Of a DNA stretch of 64,000 bases, positions 1 through 13,640 are shown one piece after another. Numbering within the stretch: position 1 is the stretch's first letter; every line of letters starts with the position of its first letter. The notes under the pieces are model-generated. The model saw only the letters and a list, made by a program, of their open reading frames with translations, was not told the DNA's origin and ran no database searches. This DNA comes from the human T2T-CHM13v2.0 reference genome, Homo sapiens: assembly GCF_009914755.1 (NCBI RefSeq), contig NC_060934.1. One strand, given 5' to 3'. The position numbers and the translations under genes are program-made.

Positions 1-1441
1 CTGGCAATCACCTGCCTCTGCACAGTTTTGAACCTGGGAATGTGAAAATTCTCTAGGTTCCTTCCTGACTCATGGAGCTCATAGCTGGGCTGCTGCTCCT
101 GCATTAGCATGCAGCCAGTGCATCTCAGTTTGAAATCTGAGAGCAAAGAGCAGCGGCCTCAACCGTGAAAAACAAACCCAATACAATTCCCGGTTGGAGC
201 TTGTGGGTTCTTCTCTAAAACCCACAGGCTCAGCTTCCCAGCTTTGCCTTGAGTCCATCTATAAATTACTTTTATAGGAATGTTATCATGTTATTGAAAA
301 GCAATAAAGACTTGCTAGACATGCAGCTCTACTGTTTCTGCAATCTTGTGTGGATGGCTTCTATGTGCTACCTCACCCATCTTCATCCAAGCTACTCAAG
401 CCCCTTAATACCTCCTGGTGGATCTTTCCCTTAATCACCTTTTAGCTTAAGAACAAAGAATCCACTCCAAATGGAATAATATTACTACCAGATTATTCTT
501 ATATCTCAATATCTATAGGGAGCTAACAGCTGGGTCAAAGAACATAAATAACATGTGGATTTTATTTGAGAGTGAACTCTTACCAACAGGGAAGCTGCTG
601 CCTCCTAATGTTTCTATAAAGTCTCTTGGTGTTTTGTACAGGGATTGCTTTCAAACACATGAGATCTCAACTACTCTTCAACTTTGCAGACTGCTTTCCT
701 CTTTGAGCTCTGATAGAAAATAATCCACAGGGCTGGGTGCCACCTCCTTCCCCTAGGGGCTGCACGGTCCCCTGCTGTGCGGCTGCAGAGCCACCTGCCC
801 TCCCTGGGACTGTCCCACTTGCTCTGGGGGGCCACAAGGAGGCAGGGAGGGCAGGATGCCTCACAGGCCCTCAGCTCACTATTGCTGCTCTGCTACCCAG
901 GCCGTCATTGAAGGGGCTACTGGGCAGTCTGCTTCCAGGCTCCATCCAACGTCCAGGTCTCCTCTTCAGCCTGAGACTGAAGCTGACCACGTCATTCCAT
1001 CTAAAATCCCTTATGGAACCTATTGTTTGCAGGATGAAGTCTCAGATCCTCCCTTGGAACCTGGATGTGCCTGGGTCCCACCCTGCCTGCCTCTCACCTG
1101 GTCTCCTGACCCTCTCCAGCTTTTCCTAAGGTTGCCTAGAGCTGGGGGGCTTCTCCTGAGCCCACCCACAGGGCTGCAGCTCCCCCACATGTTGCTGGAG
1201 CTGTTTCCTTTCCTTTACATAATTTCTTATTCTTTTTCTCCACCTGAATAACTACATACTTATCCTTCAGGATGCACGTGTGTGTGTGTGTGCATGTGTG
1301 TATACATGTGCTGCATGCTTCCCTAAAAGAGAAGAGAAATGCTTCCAGTGACAATGAAACAGTGGCAGTGGGACAGAGCAGAAAGCTGGGGTCAGCCCCA
1401 GGGACTTCTCCACTGCCACCTCCTCTTGTGTAATTTAGGGG

Positions 1442-1813
1442 TGTATTAGTCTGCTAGGGCTGCCATAACAAGAAGCCACCAGCTGTGTGGCTTAAGCAAC
1501 AGAAATGTATTTTTTCACCATGCTGGAGGCTGGAAGCCCAAGATCAAGGTGTTGCAAGGTTGGTTTCTCCTAAGGCCTCTCTCCTTGCCTTGCAGATGCT
1601 GCCTTCTCCCTGTATCTTCACGTGGTCTGTGTGTGCCTGTGTCCTAATATCCTCTTCTTATAAGGACTCCAGTCATATGGGATTAGGCCCCCGCAACAAC
1701 TCCATCTTACCTTAATCACCTCTTTAAAGGTCTTCCCTCCAAATGCAGTCTCATTCTGTGAAATGGGGATCAAGATTTCAACACATGGATTTTGTGGGAC
1801 AAGTTCAGCCCAC
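1442..1813 (-). mobile_element. MLT1-type MaLR solo LTR
   Basis: tgtattagtctgctagggctgccataac...gatttcaacacatggatttt: typical MLT1 ends. Confidence 0.8.
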
Positions 1814-3509
1814 ACTGGGAAGCGGTCCTTTCTCCAACCTGGCCTCAGTTGCTCTTTCCCTCTGTAATAGGACTGTTGGGGGCTCATGACAGTAATCTTG
1901 TGGGTCCTCTGCTGCTTTCAATTTTCTGGAAGAAGAGTCAGGCAAGGTGAACCCAGAGCTGAAGCCATTCCATCCTTTTGCTGTTCTGTCAGAAAATGAG
2001 CCAGGCGTGTCAGACAGGCTTATCTGTGTGGTGCCTGAGTCCTCACTCTGCTTTCTTTTCCCTCTCTCGCAGAGAGAGATAGAGGAGCGAACCAGAGGAG
2101 GTGGGAGGTGAAAATGCCCAGATCCCTATATGGTCCACAAAGCAGGGGACCCAGCATTGAAAGGCTTAGAACAAAGAGAGCGAGTGGAGGGAAGAGGATA
2201 AGGGCACTAGTGTGAGTGTCCAGGCCTCCAGATAACAAGAAAAGCCATTTGACCCACAGTGGCTGGGGAAGTTAAGTGGCCTCTCAGGAGGGGCCGGGGG
2301 CCTCTCCTTCCTTCCCTCTAGTCTTTAGGGATGGCTCCAGCACATGCCACTGTCAACACAAGAGATAATAACTGCTCACTTCTGGGGTATCCCACTGGGG
2401 TGCCCAGGGTTGCAGGGCCCAGCCTGCAGACATCTCTTTTTGTGGGTCTCTGAGTCATCCTCCAGATGTCTGCCCTGGAGAAAATCAGGCATGGAGCCCA
2501 GGGGCTGCGGTGTGCACTTTGGAACAGGAAACATCTAACATTGCTTAAAAAAATAAAAGACTCTGCTGTGTTTACTTTTGAAACAACTTGCCAGCCCATC
2601 CTGGCAAACTGGAAGGCAGAATAACTTAATGGTTTTGGAGCAGATAGAACTCTGGTGTCCAAGTTCAAGTCCAGCTCTAGAGTCATGCTCCTTACAGTGG
2701 CCCAAGGACTGAGTGTGGATTCTGTCACGAACAGTATTTATGTGGTCATAGTCACAAATGCTCTTTAGTGATTTTCCTCTGTAAACACCCAGGTGTGGAC
2801 AAGGGCATAGAACGCTCCACTATTGTTATCACAAAGGAACGGCTAAGCTGGCACTTTGCAGAGGTGCTCTCCAGTGAGAAGCGTGGCTGACCCTTCCCCA
2901 GGCTTGGACAGGCCCCCAACCCATATGCCCCTTCTGTAGGTCTCCACCTGCAGCTGTGGAGGCTTCACACAGAATGCAGTTCACATTTGGGGTTGTCACA
3001 GGTACACATTGTGATGGGATTTGCTATGTGCTTGGAGAAAGGAACAGCTTGTACTAATTCTGCAAGGTATCCATGGGCTGTGAGGTGCTGAGTAGACCTC
3101 AGGGGCAGTGACACCTGGTTACTCACATGCTTCCCTCTGCACTGGGAGCCCACCGGGCGCCAGCCAAGTCTGAAAAGCTTGTGGTGGGTCCCAGCTTGTA
3201 CACAAGGCCTGGCACAAGATAGACATCAATGTGATGAAAGAAAGGAACTAGTGGAGATCTGGGGATGAGAAGAGTCCCTGGAGGGAGTGCAGGGAGAGCA
3301 GGTGAGCGGGGCTGAAGGCAGAGAGGAGGAGAGGAGAGCTGGCCTGCAGGTCACAAGAGCGTGAGCTGTCACCGGAGCCAGCAGGCATGCAACCTCCAGC
3401 AAGGCCTCAGCCTCTGCGCCCTCAGGTTTCCTCATCAGAGCACGAGGGCAGGAACAGCAACTCCAGCAAGGACTCTTGTCAGAGAAGTGATTGAATTGAT
3501 ATTTTGTTT

Positions 3510-3825
3510 TTTAAGTTATTAAAATGTTTATTTAAATTGATAGCTAATATTATATATATATTTATTGAGTACAACATGATGTTTTGAAGTGTACATACAT
3601 TGTGGAATGACTAAATCTAGCTAATTAACATGTGCATCACCCCACCTAGATATGATATTTGTGGTAGGAACACTATACATCCACTTATTCCTTTATCTAA
3701 CTGACATTTTCTATCCTTTGATCAACATCTCCCCAATCCCCCAGTACCACTCCCCAACCCCCTGATAACCATCATTCTACTCTCTGCCTCCATGAGATCA
3801 ACTTTGTTAGATTCTATATATGAGC
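3510..3825 (-). mobile_element. Old L1 (L1MA-type) 3' fragment
   Basis: gtacaacatgatgttttga...ccccaacccctgataaccatcattctactctctg. Confidence 0.7.
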
Positions 3826-3834
3826 TAATACGTC

Positions 3835-4150
3835 TTTTGTTTTGTTTTGTTTTGTTTTGTTTTGTTTTCCTTTCTTTTCAGACAGGGTCTTGCTCTGTTG
3901 CCCAGGCTGAAGTGCAATGGTGCGATATCAGCTCACTGTAGCCTTGACCGCCCAGCAATCCTCCTACCTTAGCCTCCCAAGTGGCTGGTACAACAGGCAC
4001 ATGCCACCATGCCTGGCTAATTTTTCTTTATTATTTGTGTAGAGACAGCATTTTACTACATTGCCCAGGCTGTTCTTGAGGCTCAAGTAATCCTCCCACC
4101 TCAGCCTCCCAAAGTGGTGGCATTACAGGCATGAGCCACCACACCTGGCC
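3835..4150 (-). mobile_element. Alu (AluJ-like) with (TTTTG)n tail
   Basis: Diverged Alu dimer in reverse orientation. Confidence 0.9.
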
Positions 4151-6481
4151 ATGGGCTAGTTTTTCTAAAGTGCTTAGAATAGCACCAGGCACAGAGATGG
4201 CAGGATACAAGTGTTTAATAAACTATACAAACGAAAAGAAGAATGTTAACCTTGACAACGTGAAATTAAACATGAGGTGATAGAATTTGGAAGTCGGAAG
4301 GCGGAGGGAGAGGGAGGCACCAATGCAGCTTGCTCAGAAGTGCTTTTGAGGAGACCTCGGTGACGGGCTTAGTCTTCTGGGCATTCACAGCCTCCGCAAT
4401 AGGATACCAATCTTCTGTCCAAGTGCATCGACACTATTGCCTTTTCTTAAGGTGCAAGCTTACTGGACTCTTTTTTCCAAATGCAAGGAAAGCAGAGAAC
4501 TACGGCCATCCGACTGGAGGATGCCCCTCATCTTGCCAAGCCTTGTGATGTGCACATAGCTGTTGCCTCCCTCTCTCCCTTCCCAGGGTCTTCTTCCTCC
4601 TGACTCTTGACATCTATCATGTGACTTCTGGGTCTCCCACATGTAAAATCATGTCAACCCACCCCTGGGCAAAGCAAAAGACAAGGGCCACATTCACGCA
4701 GGTTCCAAGTCTGGAACTTTCTAGGCAGGAAGTGGTAGGTAAGAGTTGGAGACAGACACACCAGGAAAATCATGTGGTCTCAGCTCCAACAACTGTGGCC
4801 AAGGTGCCTTCCCTTCCTGCCCCTGGGAGGCTGGGACCTTTCAGGACCCTCCAGGATGCAGCAATGGGGCTAGGGGAGGCAGGGTGTCATTGCTGGCCCA
4901 GGTGCTGTCTTCTGGGATGTGTGTCTCAACAAAAGTCCTCCTCCATTCTCACCTATGAAGAAAATTTCACTCAAATAAATGTTTTCATCCTGTCACAGAA
5001 ACTCCCTTAGCCCTCGGACTAGGGAGTTTCTCTGCAGAGAATGGTCTCTCACTCTCATGATTAAGGGGATTTAATCTTCCCAAATGCATTTGTTTATTTT
5101 GGTAAGAAAACCTAAGAGAAAGGCATCTTGTCTGTCCATTCCATATGTGGTTCATTCTCAGGGCAGGCCAGGAGCTTGGGCTCTGGAGGAAGGGCCTGGC
5201 CTCAGATTGCACTGAGTGCCTGCTGAGGCTTCAAGAGGGTGCCTGGGTTCATGGAAGGTGGCTGAGGTTATCTTCACACAGCCACCACCAGCCAGGGTTC
5301 CTGCTTTCCACCTACTAAGACGACCTGTTTTTGTAATATCTAAGTTTGTTCTAACTCTTGCATTGGGCAAAAAAAATGATAGGAAAAGTACAACAAAAAT
5401 ACTCAGAAGCTTGTCAAAGTAAGAGATGAAGACTCAACCCTAGGGCTGGGTTCAGTCTGTTCTTCCCTCTGCTCCTCACTGTCTGAAACCTTGCACAGCT
5501 GTGTGTGGGCAGAGTGGGGAGGGCTGGGTCACACAGGCCTAACAGGACCAGAAATTCTCCAACTCATCCTGCCAGAAATGAAAGAGACGGGTAGCCTCCG
5601 TATCACAAAATGTAGAATCTGGAAGTTTGAGGGTAGCTGCGTTCTGAATTTGGAAGTGAGTGAGCAGTCTCTGGCCCTGGATCTCTTGGTGAGGAACAGC
5701 TGCCGCTGGGGAGGCTGAGGTCATGGGCCTGTTCCCTGCCTCTGTGCTTACTAGTAATGACAATGAACAACATCTGCCCGTGCCCTGCCTCTTCAAGCAT
5801 GACCTCTAGAGCAGCCTGTGGGCCTTCTTGCTCCGTGGGTATGTAGGTGGGTGGCTCTCAGGGCAGCTGTCCTGGGACTTGTCCACCCCTGCTCCAAAGA
5901 AAGTGTCCATCAGTGACCTCCCTTCCCTTCTATTTCACCCCAGTGAGCATACACACAGTCCTCAGTGAGTGATACAGGCATGAGGAGAGTTGGGTGGTGA
6001 CTTGGCTAGCTTCTAGTGGCACTGTAGACCCAGGAGAGTTGAGGGGGCAAAGCAGTCTCCTTTCTGCCTTCTTGTTTCTCCCAAAGGTACAATGCCAGAG
6101 GACAGGAAGGGCAGAGGAAAATCTTAGCAGAGCTGAGTGACTTCTCATATTCAGAAGAGAAATCTACATTCAGTCTTGGGTGAGAAATCCTTATGTCTCT
6201 CCATATAGTAGCACTGAGAATACACTCCAGCCACTGGATGGAAATGGGATTCAAACCAGTGACATGAAAATGTCCCCCGAACCCGGGGTCTGATTGCACA
6301 ATCCTCCAACCATGACAGCCCAGTGCCAAATGAGCTCAGGGACAGGACCCTTTTCCTGAAAACAGTGTGTTTTTTTTGTACTTAGGAAACATAGCCAGTG
6401 TCGGGTGGACACAGAGCTGGGTGCTACTGAGGGAGGAGATGGTATTTGGGATGGGCCATTGCTCTGCAGGTGGGGCAAGGC

Positions 6482-6658
6482 CTAGGAAGAGGCCCTGTTG
6501 TGCTGGGGTGTTCATTTGTCTGGGAACAACTTGGAACTTGACCATGAGTTTTTCACTCTGGGTTTCTCCGTGGTACCTGGCTGGGTCTCTTCATGGCAGA
6601 AAAGAAAGACCTCTCACCCATTAATGGTGGAAATGTTCATGGTGCAGCCACATGGGAC
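6482..6658 (-). pseudogene. DNAJB5-like terminal coding exon remnant
   Basis: A long polypyrimidine tract ending ...ttccctcactctccag| is followed by V-P-C-G-C-T-M-N-I (ALCGCTVNI in DNAJB5). TAG at 6482-6484 lies near the expected C-terminus. Confidence 0.8.
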
Positions 6659-6775
6659 CTGGAGAGTGAGGGAAAGTGGAATGATAGAGACAAAAGAAGG
6701 AGGTCACTGCAAGTGGGAAGAAATGAGACGGCTGTTTCGTCACACACAACTTCCTCCAGGCAGGCTCCTCTCCAC

Positions 6776-7347
6776 GCCTGGCCAGGTCCATGTGGAGCAC
6801 AGGGGAAACCCTCCTGTGGAGCTGTGCATGGATTTAACCTTGAGAACAAGGACAACATGTGCATGGATGTTGCCATTAATGACATTGCTGTCTTTAGGGA
6901 AGATGATCCTGGAGCCTCCCTCCAGCCATACTTGATGACAACATGCCAGGTCTTGTCCTTGGCACAGTTTGCCCATCAGGGTTGGGTCTCACCTCATGAT
7001 CTTCGTGCACTTTTTGGAGCCATGACGGTCCCCCTCTAGGGACACCACAGCAAATGAACCACAGTGAGGTTCTGGCCTCCAGCCGAGTGGTTCCAGGCTC
7101 TCCCTGGCCTTTTACTCAGCTCATGGAATTTGACATAATCTGGGGCATCCAACGGCCTCCCACTCTCTTCCTCTGAAGGGCTGAGGTGGCGCCTCTCTTT
7201 AATACCACAGAGAAGGTATTAAAGGAGTCAGAGCCACCAAAGGAAGACGCAAAGGTGCGTGTGGGTCCCCATGACCTGGAAATATTCAGGCAGCGTGGCC
7301 CGTCCTGGCCTCACCCCAATCTCCTCACCCTATCCTAGTTCCTGGGT
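6776..7347 (-). pseudogene. DNAJB5-like G/F-rich + C-terminal domain exon remnant
   Basis: Acceptor ctgcttttctag|. HGDPH..TFAS.FGGS, NPDG and GW.EG..I.FPK motifs. The donor position (~6775, GTGGAG) is approximate. Confidence 0.85.
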
Positions 7348-7744
7348 CTAGAAAAGCAGTCATTAGTGGGGCCAGTGTGGGGTGGGTTCATGCAGCAAGG
7401 AAGTCCTGCCGCCTAGGGAGGTTGTGCTCTGCCCCTCCTCATCGGATTCTGCGACAGATCTGCTCATAACACACATTTAATTCTCCCTGGTGGAAGTTCA
7501 GAGGGACCCAGTCCATCAGTAGGTGAAGGACCCAGGTGAGACCTCAGCAGGTGTGACTCCTAGCCCCATGCCATGTTCCTGTATCTGAGGCTCAGGGACT
7601 TCACACCATTGAGAAGTGGTGGCTTCAAAGGGTGCACTAGTTGGTTTTGGGTCACAGAGAAAGTTGTTCCTGGGCACCAGATTTTGCTTATCTCCAGAGA
7701 CCTACATTCTGAGGCAATGAGACAGGACTTACACACAGGGGGCC

Positions 7745-8121
7745 TATGAAGGGTCAAGTTGTGTCCCTCCACATTTATATATTGAAATCCTAACCCCCTA
7801 GTAGCTCAGAATGTGACCTGATTTGGAGATAAAGTAAAGACAGATGTAATCAAGTTAAAATGAGGTTCCTAATCCCACATGACTTTCATCTTCATAAGAA
7901 GGGGAAATCTGGACACAGAGACACACATAGGGGCAAGGCTATGTGAAGAGACACAGGGAGAAGACAGCCACCCACAAGCCAGCAGAGGCCTCTGAGGAAA
8001 CAACCCTGCTGACACAGTGACCTTGGACGTCCAGCCACCAGGGCTGTGAAGCAATACATCTCTGTTCTTCAGGCCTCCTGGTTTCTGGTGCTTTGTTGTG
8101 GCAGCCCTAGAAATGAATACA
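7745..8121 (+). mobile_element. MLT1-type solo LTR
   Basis: gaaatcctaaccccc..agaatgtgacct..tttggagat..gcagccctagaaatgaataca. Confidence 0.8.
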
Positions 8122-8126
8122 GGGCT

Positions 8127-8439
<313 letters not shown>

Positions 8440-8987
8440 GAAATGAATACAGGGCTAAAGGCTAATAGGAGACCTGTGTCAATGAGAAGGCAGAAAGTCC
8501 ATGAGTGGCCACCCCACCCCAGGCTCGCTCTGCTCCCAGCATGGTTTGCCCCATCATTTCCTAACTCTTGCTTGCAAGGAAAATCAGGAGAGCCCAAGAG
8601 TAAGGAATTTTTTAGTTGAGTACTGCTGGGGAAATGAACATGCTTGACTAAAAATCTCTCTGCAGGCCTGTGCTCTCAGCCAAAGCTTACCATATGGTCG
8701 TTTACCCCCTGCAGAACTGGGCCTCAAGGGCAGCTGCTGATCCTGCACACAAAGAGGGGTGCCTCTTGAGACACCCAATAACAGTCTTACACCCCATATC
8801 AAATGCAGAGCAGCCCAAAGCCATGGCTGGACCAGCACCTGGGGTGGGCCTGCTGGGACCACACATTTCTCTGTGTATCCAGGTTCCATGTAGCAGGCTA
8901 TTGCTCTTTGGAGTATACCCCAGGGAGGCTTTTAATAGCAAGAACTGTACAAGAATCAGTAGGGAAGGAGGCTCTGGCTTTGGAGCC

Positions 8988-9142
8988 TGCTATGGTTTGA
9001 ATGTGGCCACTAATATTCATGTGTTGGAAACTTAATCCTCCATGCAACAGTGCTGAGAGATGGGACCTGTAAGAGGTGACAAGGTCATGATGGCTCTGCT
9101 CTCCTTTATGGGTTAATCTTCTTAGTGCAGGAGTGGGTTCCC

Positions 9143-9192
<50 letters not shown>

Positions 9193-9377
9193 GTTCGGCC
9201 AGATTTTCTCTCTGTCTCCCATGCCCACTTTCCTTCTACCACAGGGTGACACTCATCAGATGCCAGTGCCATGCTCTTGGACTTACCAGCCTCCACAACC
9301 ATGAGTGACATCAATTTCTCTTGCTTATAAGTTACTCAGTCTGTGGTATTCTGTTACAGAAGCAGAAAACAAAGGCA
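8988..9377 (+). mobile_element. MST-type MaLR solo LTR with internal A44
   Basis: tgctatggtttgaatgt...ca, with a 5-bp TSD gagcc on both sides. Confidence 0.85.
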
Positions 9378-9650
9378 GAGCCTTTTCATCAGGAAGTTCT
9401 ATTAACCCTGCACGCCACAGTGGGGTCACAGGGACAGGTTTGGATGTCCATTGAGAGATGGGGGGTTAGTTCAGGGACATTAGCAGCTTTCTCATTACCT
9501 CTCCCCTGAGAGTCAGGGTCTGGCCTTTTCTGGGAAGAATGAGGTCTGGAGAGGGGTTGATTATTACTCCTTCTCAGGTGGGAGGGATGTGAGTGGACAC
9601 TGATGGAAGGTGTGGCTTCCCTTGTAAGGATTCCTGATCTACCCACTTAC

Positions 9651-9910
9651 CTTGCCTTAGGTAATTCACAGCTGGGGTAGGACCATTTACCAAGCTGCTC
9701 ATTGCTGTCTTCTCTCTAGGAGACTGCAGAGGATGCAAAGGGAATTTTGCCTTCCTCTTGTCTAGAAAGTTTAAGGCTTTTGGTCTGGGGCGGGGAGGGG
9801 GTGGTTGTTATTAGTTTTTCAGTTTTCTGGCCCCAAATAGAAGTTGAAAAAGTGGTTTTACACCCCTTGAGGCAGGCTCCCTCGTGGGAGAAAAAGTTAT
9901 CTGGGTGTTG
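9651..9910 (-). pseudogene. DNAJB5-like J-domain exon remnant
   Basis: Acceptor ccctctcag| and strong phase-1 donor CAAG|gtaagt. KALNFLDKRK aligns to KMALKYHPDKNK. From DK to the split Gly is 38 aa, as in recalled DNAJB5, with E, S, Y and G in register. The HPD motif is lost and there is an in-frame TAA TAA. Confidence 0.55.
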
Positions 9911-10248
9911 CTGAGAGGGTGCTGGGTCAAACGAGGGGGGTTGCCCAAGGGTGGCACAGGCTCCCTGGACTTTGGAATAGAAGGATGAGGATCTGCACCA
10001 CGTGCCAGTGTCCTGCCTGGGAGGGCCACAGTGCCACTGTGTTTTCCTGTTGTGTTGCTATAACAAAATATTGTAAACTGGGTAGCTTCTAAATAACAGA
10101 AGTTCATTTCACAGTTCTGAAGGCTGGGAAGTCCAAGATAGAGTCACCCACAGATTTAAGTGTGGTGAGAGTCCATTTCATAGATGGCTGGTATTGGGTA
10201 GGTCTTCCCACCCCGGTGAATTGGACTCATAGCCCAATATACATAAAT

Positions 10249-10564
10249 AAAATATAATTTTATTTTAAAAAATCAAATTATGTGATGTTTCTTTTATCTC
10301 AGCATTATAGAGCAAATTTAAGCTTTCCTATTAATTACCTTTCAATGTTTAAAAATCTTTGAACTGTAAGCATTGTTTAATCTCTTTTACAGATGGGGAA
10401 ACTGAGGCACAGAGAAGTAAATATGTACATACTGGGCAAGCAGAGCAGCAGGAGCCAGGGGTGACAAACTCCTTGTGTGAGGAGAAATAATTTGTATTTA
10501 AGTTACAGAAAACACAACATATTGATTCATGTTTTGGACAAGCCTGGGGTTAGGGTTGCAGTCA
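10249..10564 (+). repeat. Inverted duplication, left arm (contains a MIR fragment)
   Basis: The reverse complement matches 12577-12885 along its whole length, e.g. ttttatctcagcattatagagcaaatttaagctttcctatt and catgttttggacaagcctggggtta. Confidence 0.93.
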
Positions 10565-10923
10565 GGCAGTTGGGTTAGGCAGAGGCTTGGATGATGTCAT
10601 CAAAACTCAAGGTTTCCCCCAGTCTCTTAGCCCTATTCTTCTGTGTCCTTCATTCTCAAGTTTCATGTGATGGGAACATGCCAGTCAGCAAGTTCACAGT
10701 GAGGATACTTGGATACAATTCAGCAGCAGATCTGTGCCACTTTCTTAGGTCCTGCATAGATTCATGGTTCCTTATGGGCTCTAGATGGGTCTATGTCCAT
10801 CCCGAGTCAGTCACTGGGGGATGCAGTATTTCTTGCCAGGCCTAAGTCATATACTCATCCCCTGACAAGTGATGACATGGGTGGGGTAGTGGGTAGGAGC
10901 TGAGAATAAAGAATAGAGATGGT

Positions 10924-11230
10924 GGCTGGGTACGGTGGCTCATGACTGTGATCCCAACACTTTGGGAGGCTGAGGCTGGTGGATCACCTGAGGTCAGGAG
11001 TTTGAGACCAGCTTGACCAACATGGAGAAATCCTGTTTCTACTAAAAATACAAAATCAGCTGGGTATGGTGGCGCATGCCTGTAATCCCAGCTACTTGGC
11101 AGTCTGAGGCAGGAGAATTGCTTGAACCCAGGAGGTAGAGGTTGCAGTGAGCCGAAGATCATGCCATTGCACTCCAGTCTGGGCAACAAGAACAAAACTC
11201 CATCTCAAAAAAAAAAAAAAAAAAAAAAAA
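10924..11230 (+). mobile_element. AluS with TSD
   Basis: Full dimer. TSD aagaata(g/c)agatggt. Confidence 0.95.
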
Positions 11231-12576
11231 AGAATACAGATGGTTTCAAATTAATTAACTCTATTTAGTAGAAATATATTTGATTTCCACTATATCTCAA
11301 GGAATTGTACTCTGCCTGGTTACCATGCATTTCTTAATGGAATTGAACTCAAAAAAGACATAATGACACACAGATGAAGGATTTCTAATCCAAATTCTCT
11401 ATCAACACAGAATAGATTTCTATAATCCACTTTAGAGAAATCACCAAAATAGTCAGGCAAAGTACCAGTCGTTGCTGCCACCAATGTGGAATCACTTGTT
11501 TGGAGTAAATGAACAACAACAAAAACACAAAAAACAAAAACTCCAAATTAGTAGAGAGGGAGAAAAAAAAAAACTAGAGAAGATATTGAGCAAAATTACA
11601 GTTCTTTCGCCATTTGGGATTTACCTCTGTGAGCCAGAAAAGAGATGTCTGGGCTGCAGCCACCTGCGAGGCACACTTGCTTTTCTGGCAACAGATTTTA
11701 CCCTTCTCTGTTTGATGAGTCCATTGGGCATTGCACTCTATGACATCCGAAACTGTTAAAATATTATTTTTTTAAAGAGCACGTAATCATGTCTGTTGTA
11801 GAGATATAAAAAGAACACTTGTTAATAATTGTATCTTACTTATTAATAATGACTAAGATGTTTCTTTCAATTGATTCAAAGGAGAATCAAAGTATCACAC
11901 AGGCATAGGCAGAGAAGAGATGTTGCAATTAACTTAGATGCAAAGGACATATCCACAGGGAAACAATTAATTGCATTCCACTGAACACAATTGTTGTGGG
12001 TTTCTATAGGCAAGAAGCATTTGCATTATTATCAGTTTCCCACAATTTACAGAGTTGTAAAACAGCTCAAAGGCAGGGGGTGGTAAGTAATCCTTTCTGT
12101 GTCCCATTGCCAAATCTCTGACACTCCCCCTGACACTCCAATACGCCCAACAAGCGTCCCATCTGGCAAAAGAACTTCTGACCACACTCCTGCAATGCTA
12201 TTATGCTGGATCCCAAGGAAGGCTTTCCCTCAGTCTCCAGTTCTCATACGGTTTTTAGTGAAGCAGCTCTCCTGGTTGTTCTTTGAATCCCTCTCTCTAT
12301 AACTGAATAGTTCACATAGCTCAGGCCAGGCTAGTGAGGGTCCACCATACAGAGCTCAAAACCTGCCCTCCCTACTACCCTGAGCCATCATCCTTATTCC
12401 AAGTTATTACATTTCCCTCTTCATTCCCTTGAAATGGAAGTGTACGAAATGGCTTCTGTAGGCTTGCCCAGTTGTTCCTGAATCAATTGAGCAACAAAGA
12501 GATTTAGGTTAATGAGTTGGAGCTCTCTATTAAAAAAAAAAAATCAATATCCACAATAAGAAGAAAACAGACAAAA

Positions 12577-12885
12577 TGACTGCAGCCTTAACCCCAGGCT
12601 TGTCCAAAACATGAGTCAATACATTGTGTTTTTTGTAACTTAAATCCAAATTATTTCTCCCCACACAAGGAGTTCACCACCCCTGGCTGCTTCTCTGCTT
12701 GTCCAGTATGTACATATTTACTTCTCTGTGCCTCAGTTTCCCCGTCCTTAAAGAGACTAAACAATGCTTACACTTCAAAGATTTTTAAATATTAAAAGGT
12801 ATTTAATAGGAAAGCTTAAATTTGCTCTATAATGCTGAGATAAAAGAAGCACATAATTTGATTTTTTTTAATAAAATTATATTTT
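12577..12885 (-). repeat. Inverted duplication, right arm
   Basis: See the left arm. Confidence 0.93.
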
Positions 12886-13199
12886 GGTCGGAATGTGTAA
12901 AGCTTATAGGACTCAGTGTCTGTGTGAGGAACAAAATAAAGCGTGAAGATTAGACAAAGGGGTTCCCGACACCTTGTTAATCCAGGCTGTTGTCCATTTA
13001 TTTATTTCTCTGCAGGCAAAATAGCAGCAACTACTTATCAGCTCTTATGGATGTGCCTGGCTCTCTCCCAGGAAGTCCTACACGCGTTGTGCTTAACATC
13101 TTGGAAATGAAGAGAACCATGACTTAAAGGAGTGGAAAAATTCGTCCAAAGCCACAGTTAGTAAGTGGAGGATCCTGGGTTACTGTGGTCACAAAGCCT

Positions 13200-13640
13200 G
13201 TCTTTTTGTCCTCACACCCTTCAGTAAGTGCTTGCAGAATGAGCTGTCCTGCTTTCCAGATGGCACAGTGAGAGACGATGGCCGACCCTGCTGGAGTCTA
13301 GACGCCGCCGCGCAGGAAGATGAGCCCAAGGAATCTGCAGCTGGAGCAGAACCACGCGTCCCTGCTGATTGCTTGCAGTGGAGGTGCCCTGGGCGTAGGG
13401 TCGGCAGTAAGCGTGAGGCCGCAACCCCAAACCAACCCATGGGAGATAACAGCGAGAAGAGGGCCCCGAAGCCCCCACTCAGAGCCCGGACTCCGCCACT
13501 TTGCCGGCAAGGCTCCCCAAGCCCGGCGGGGCTGCCCACGGAGCTGAGGAGACAGGGGGTGGGCTTTGCTCTTGCTGGAGGCTGGTGTTTCAGAGAAACC
13601 CCAATGGGCCTTGGCAAATTTGCTGAGTTCCTGTCCAGTC
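13200..13640. promoter_or_regulatory. CpG/GC-rich patch (candidate remnant promoter)
   Basis: CpG density is visibly higher than in the flanks (gacgccgccgcgc, ccacgcgt, gccggc, cccggcggg). It lies ~3.5 kb upstream of the DNAJB5-like J exon. Confidence 0.4.

Noticed and set aside
1-6400. Numerous 60-130 aa ORFs
   Set aside because: No recognisable homology or consistent exon structure; expected by chance in GC-rich DNA.
11967-12185. ORF containing MGHRKDY..MLLAYRNP, superficially like a J-domain start
   Set aside because: No splice boundaries. 9651-9910 fits the J exon better in register, phase and splice sites.
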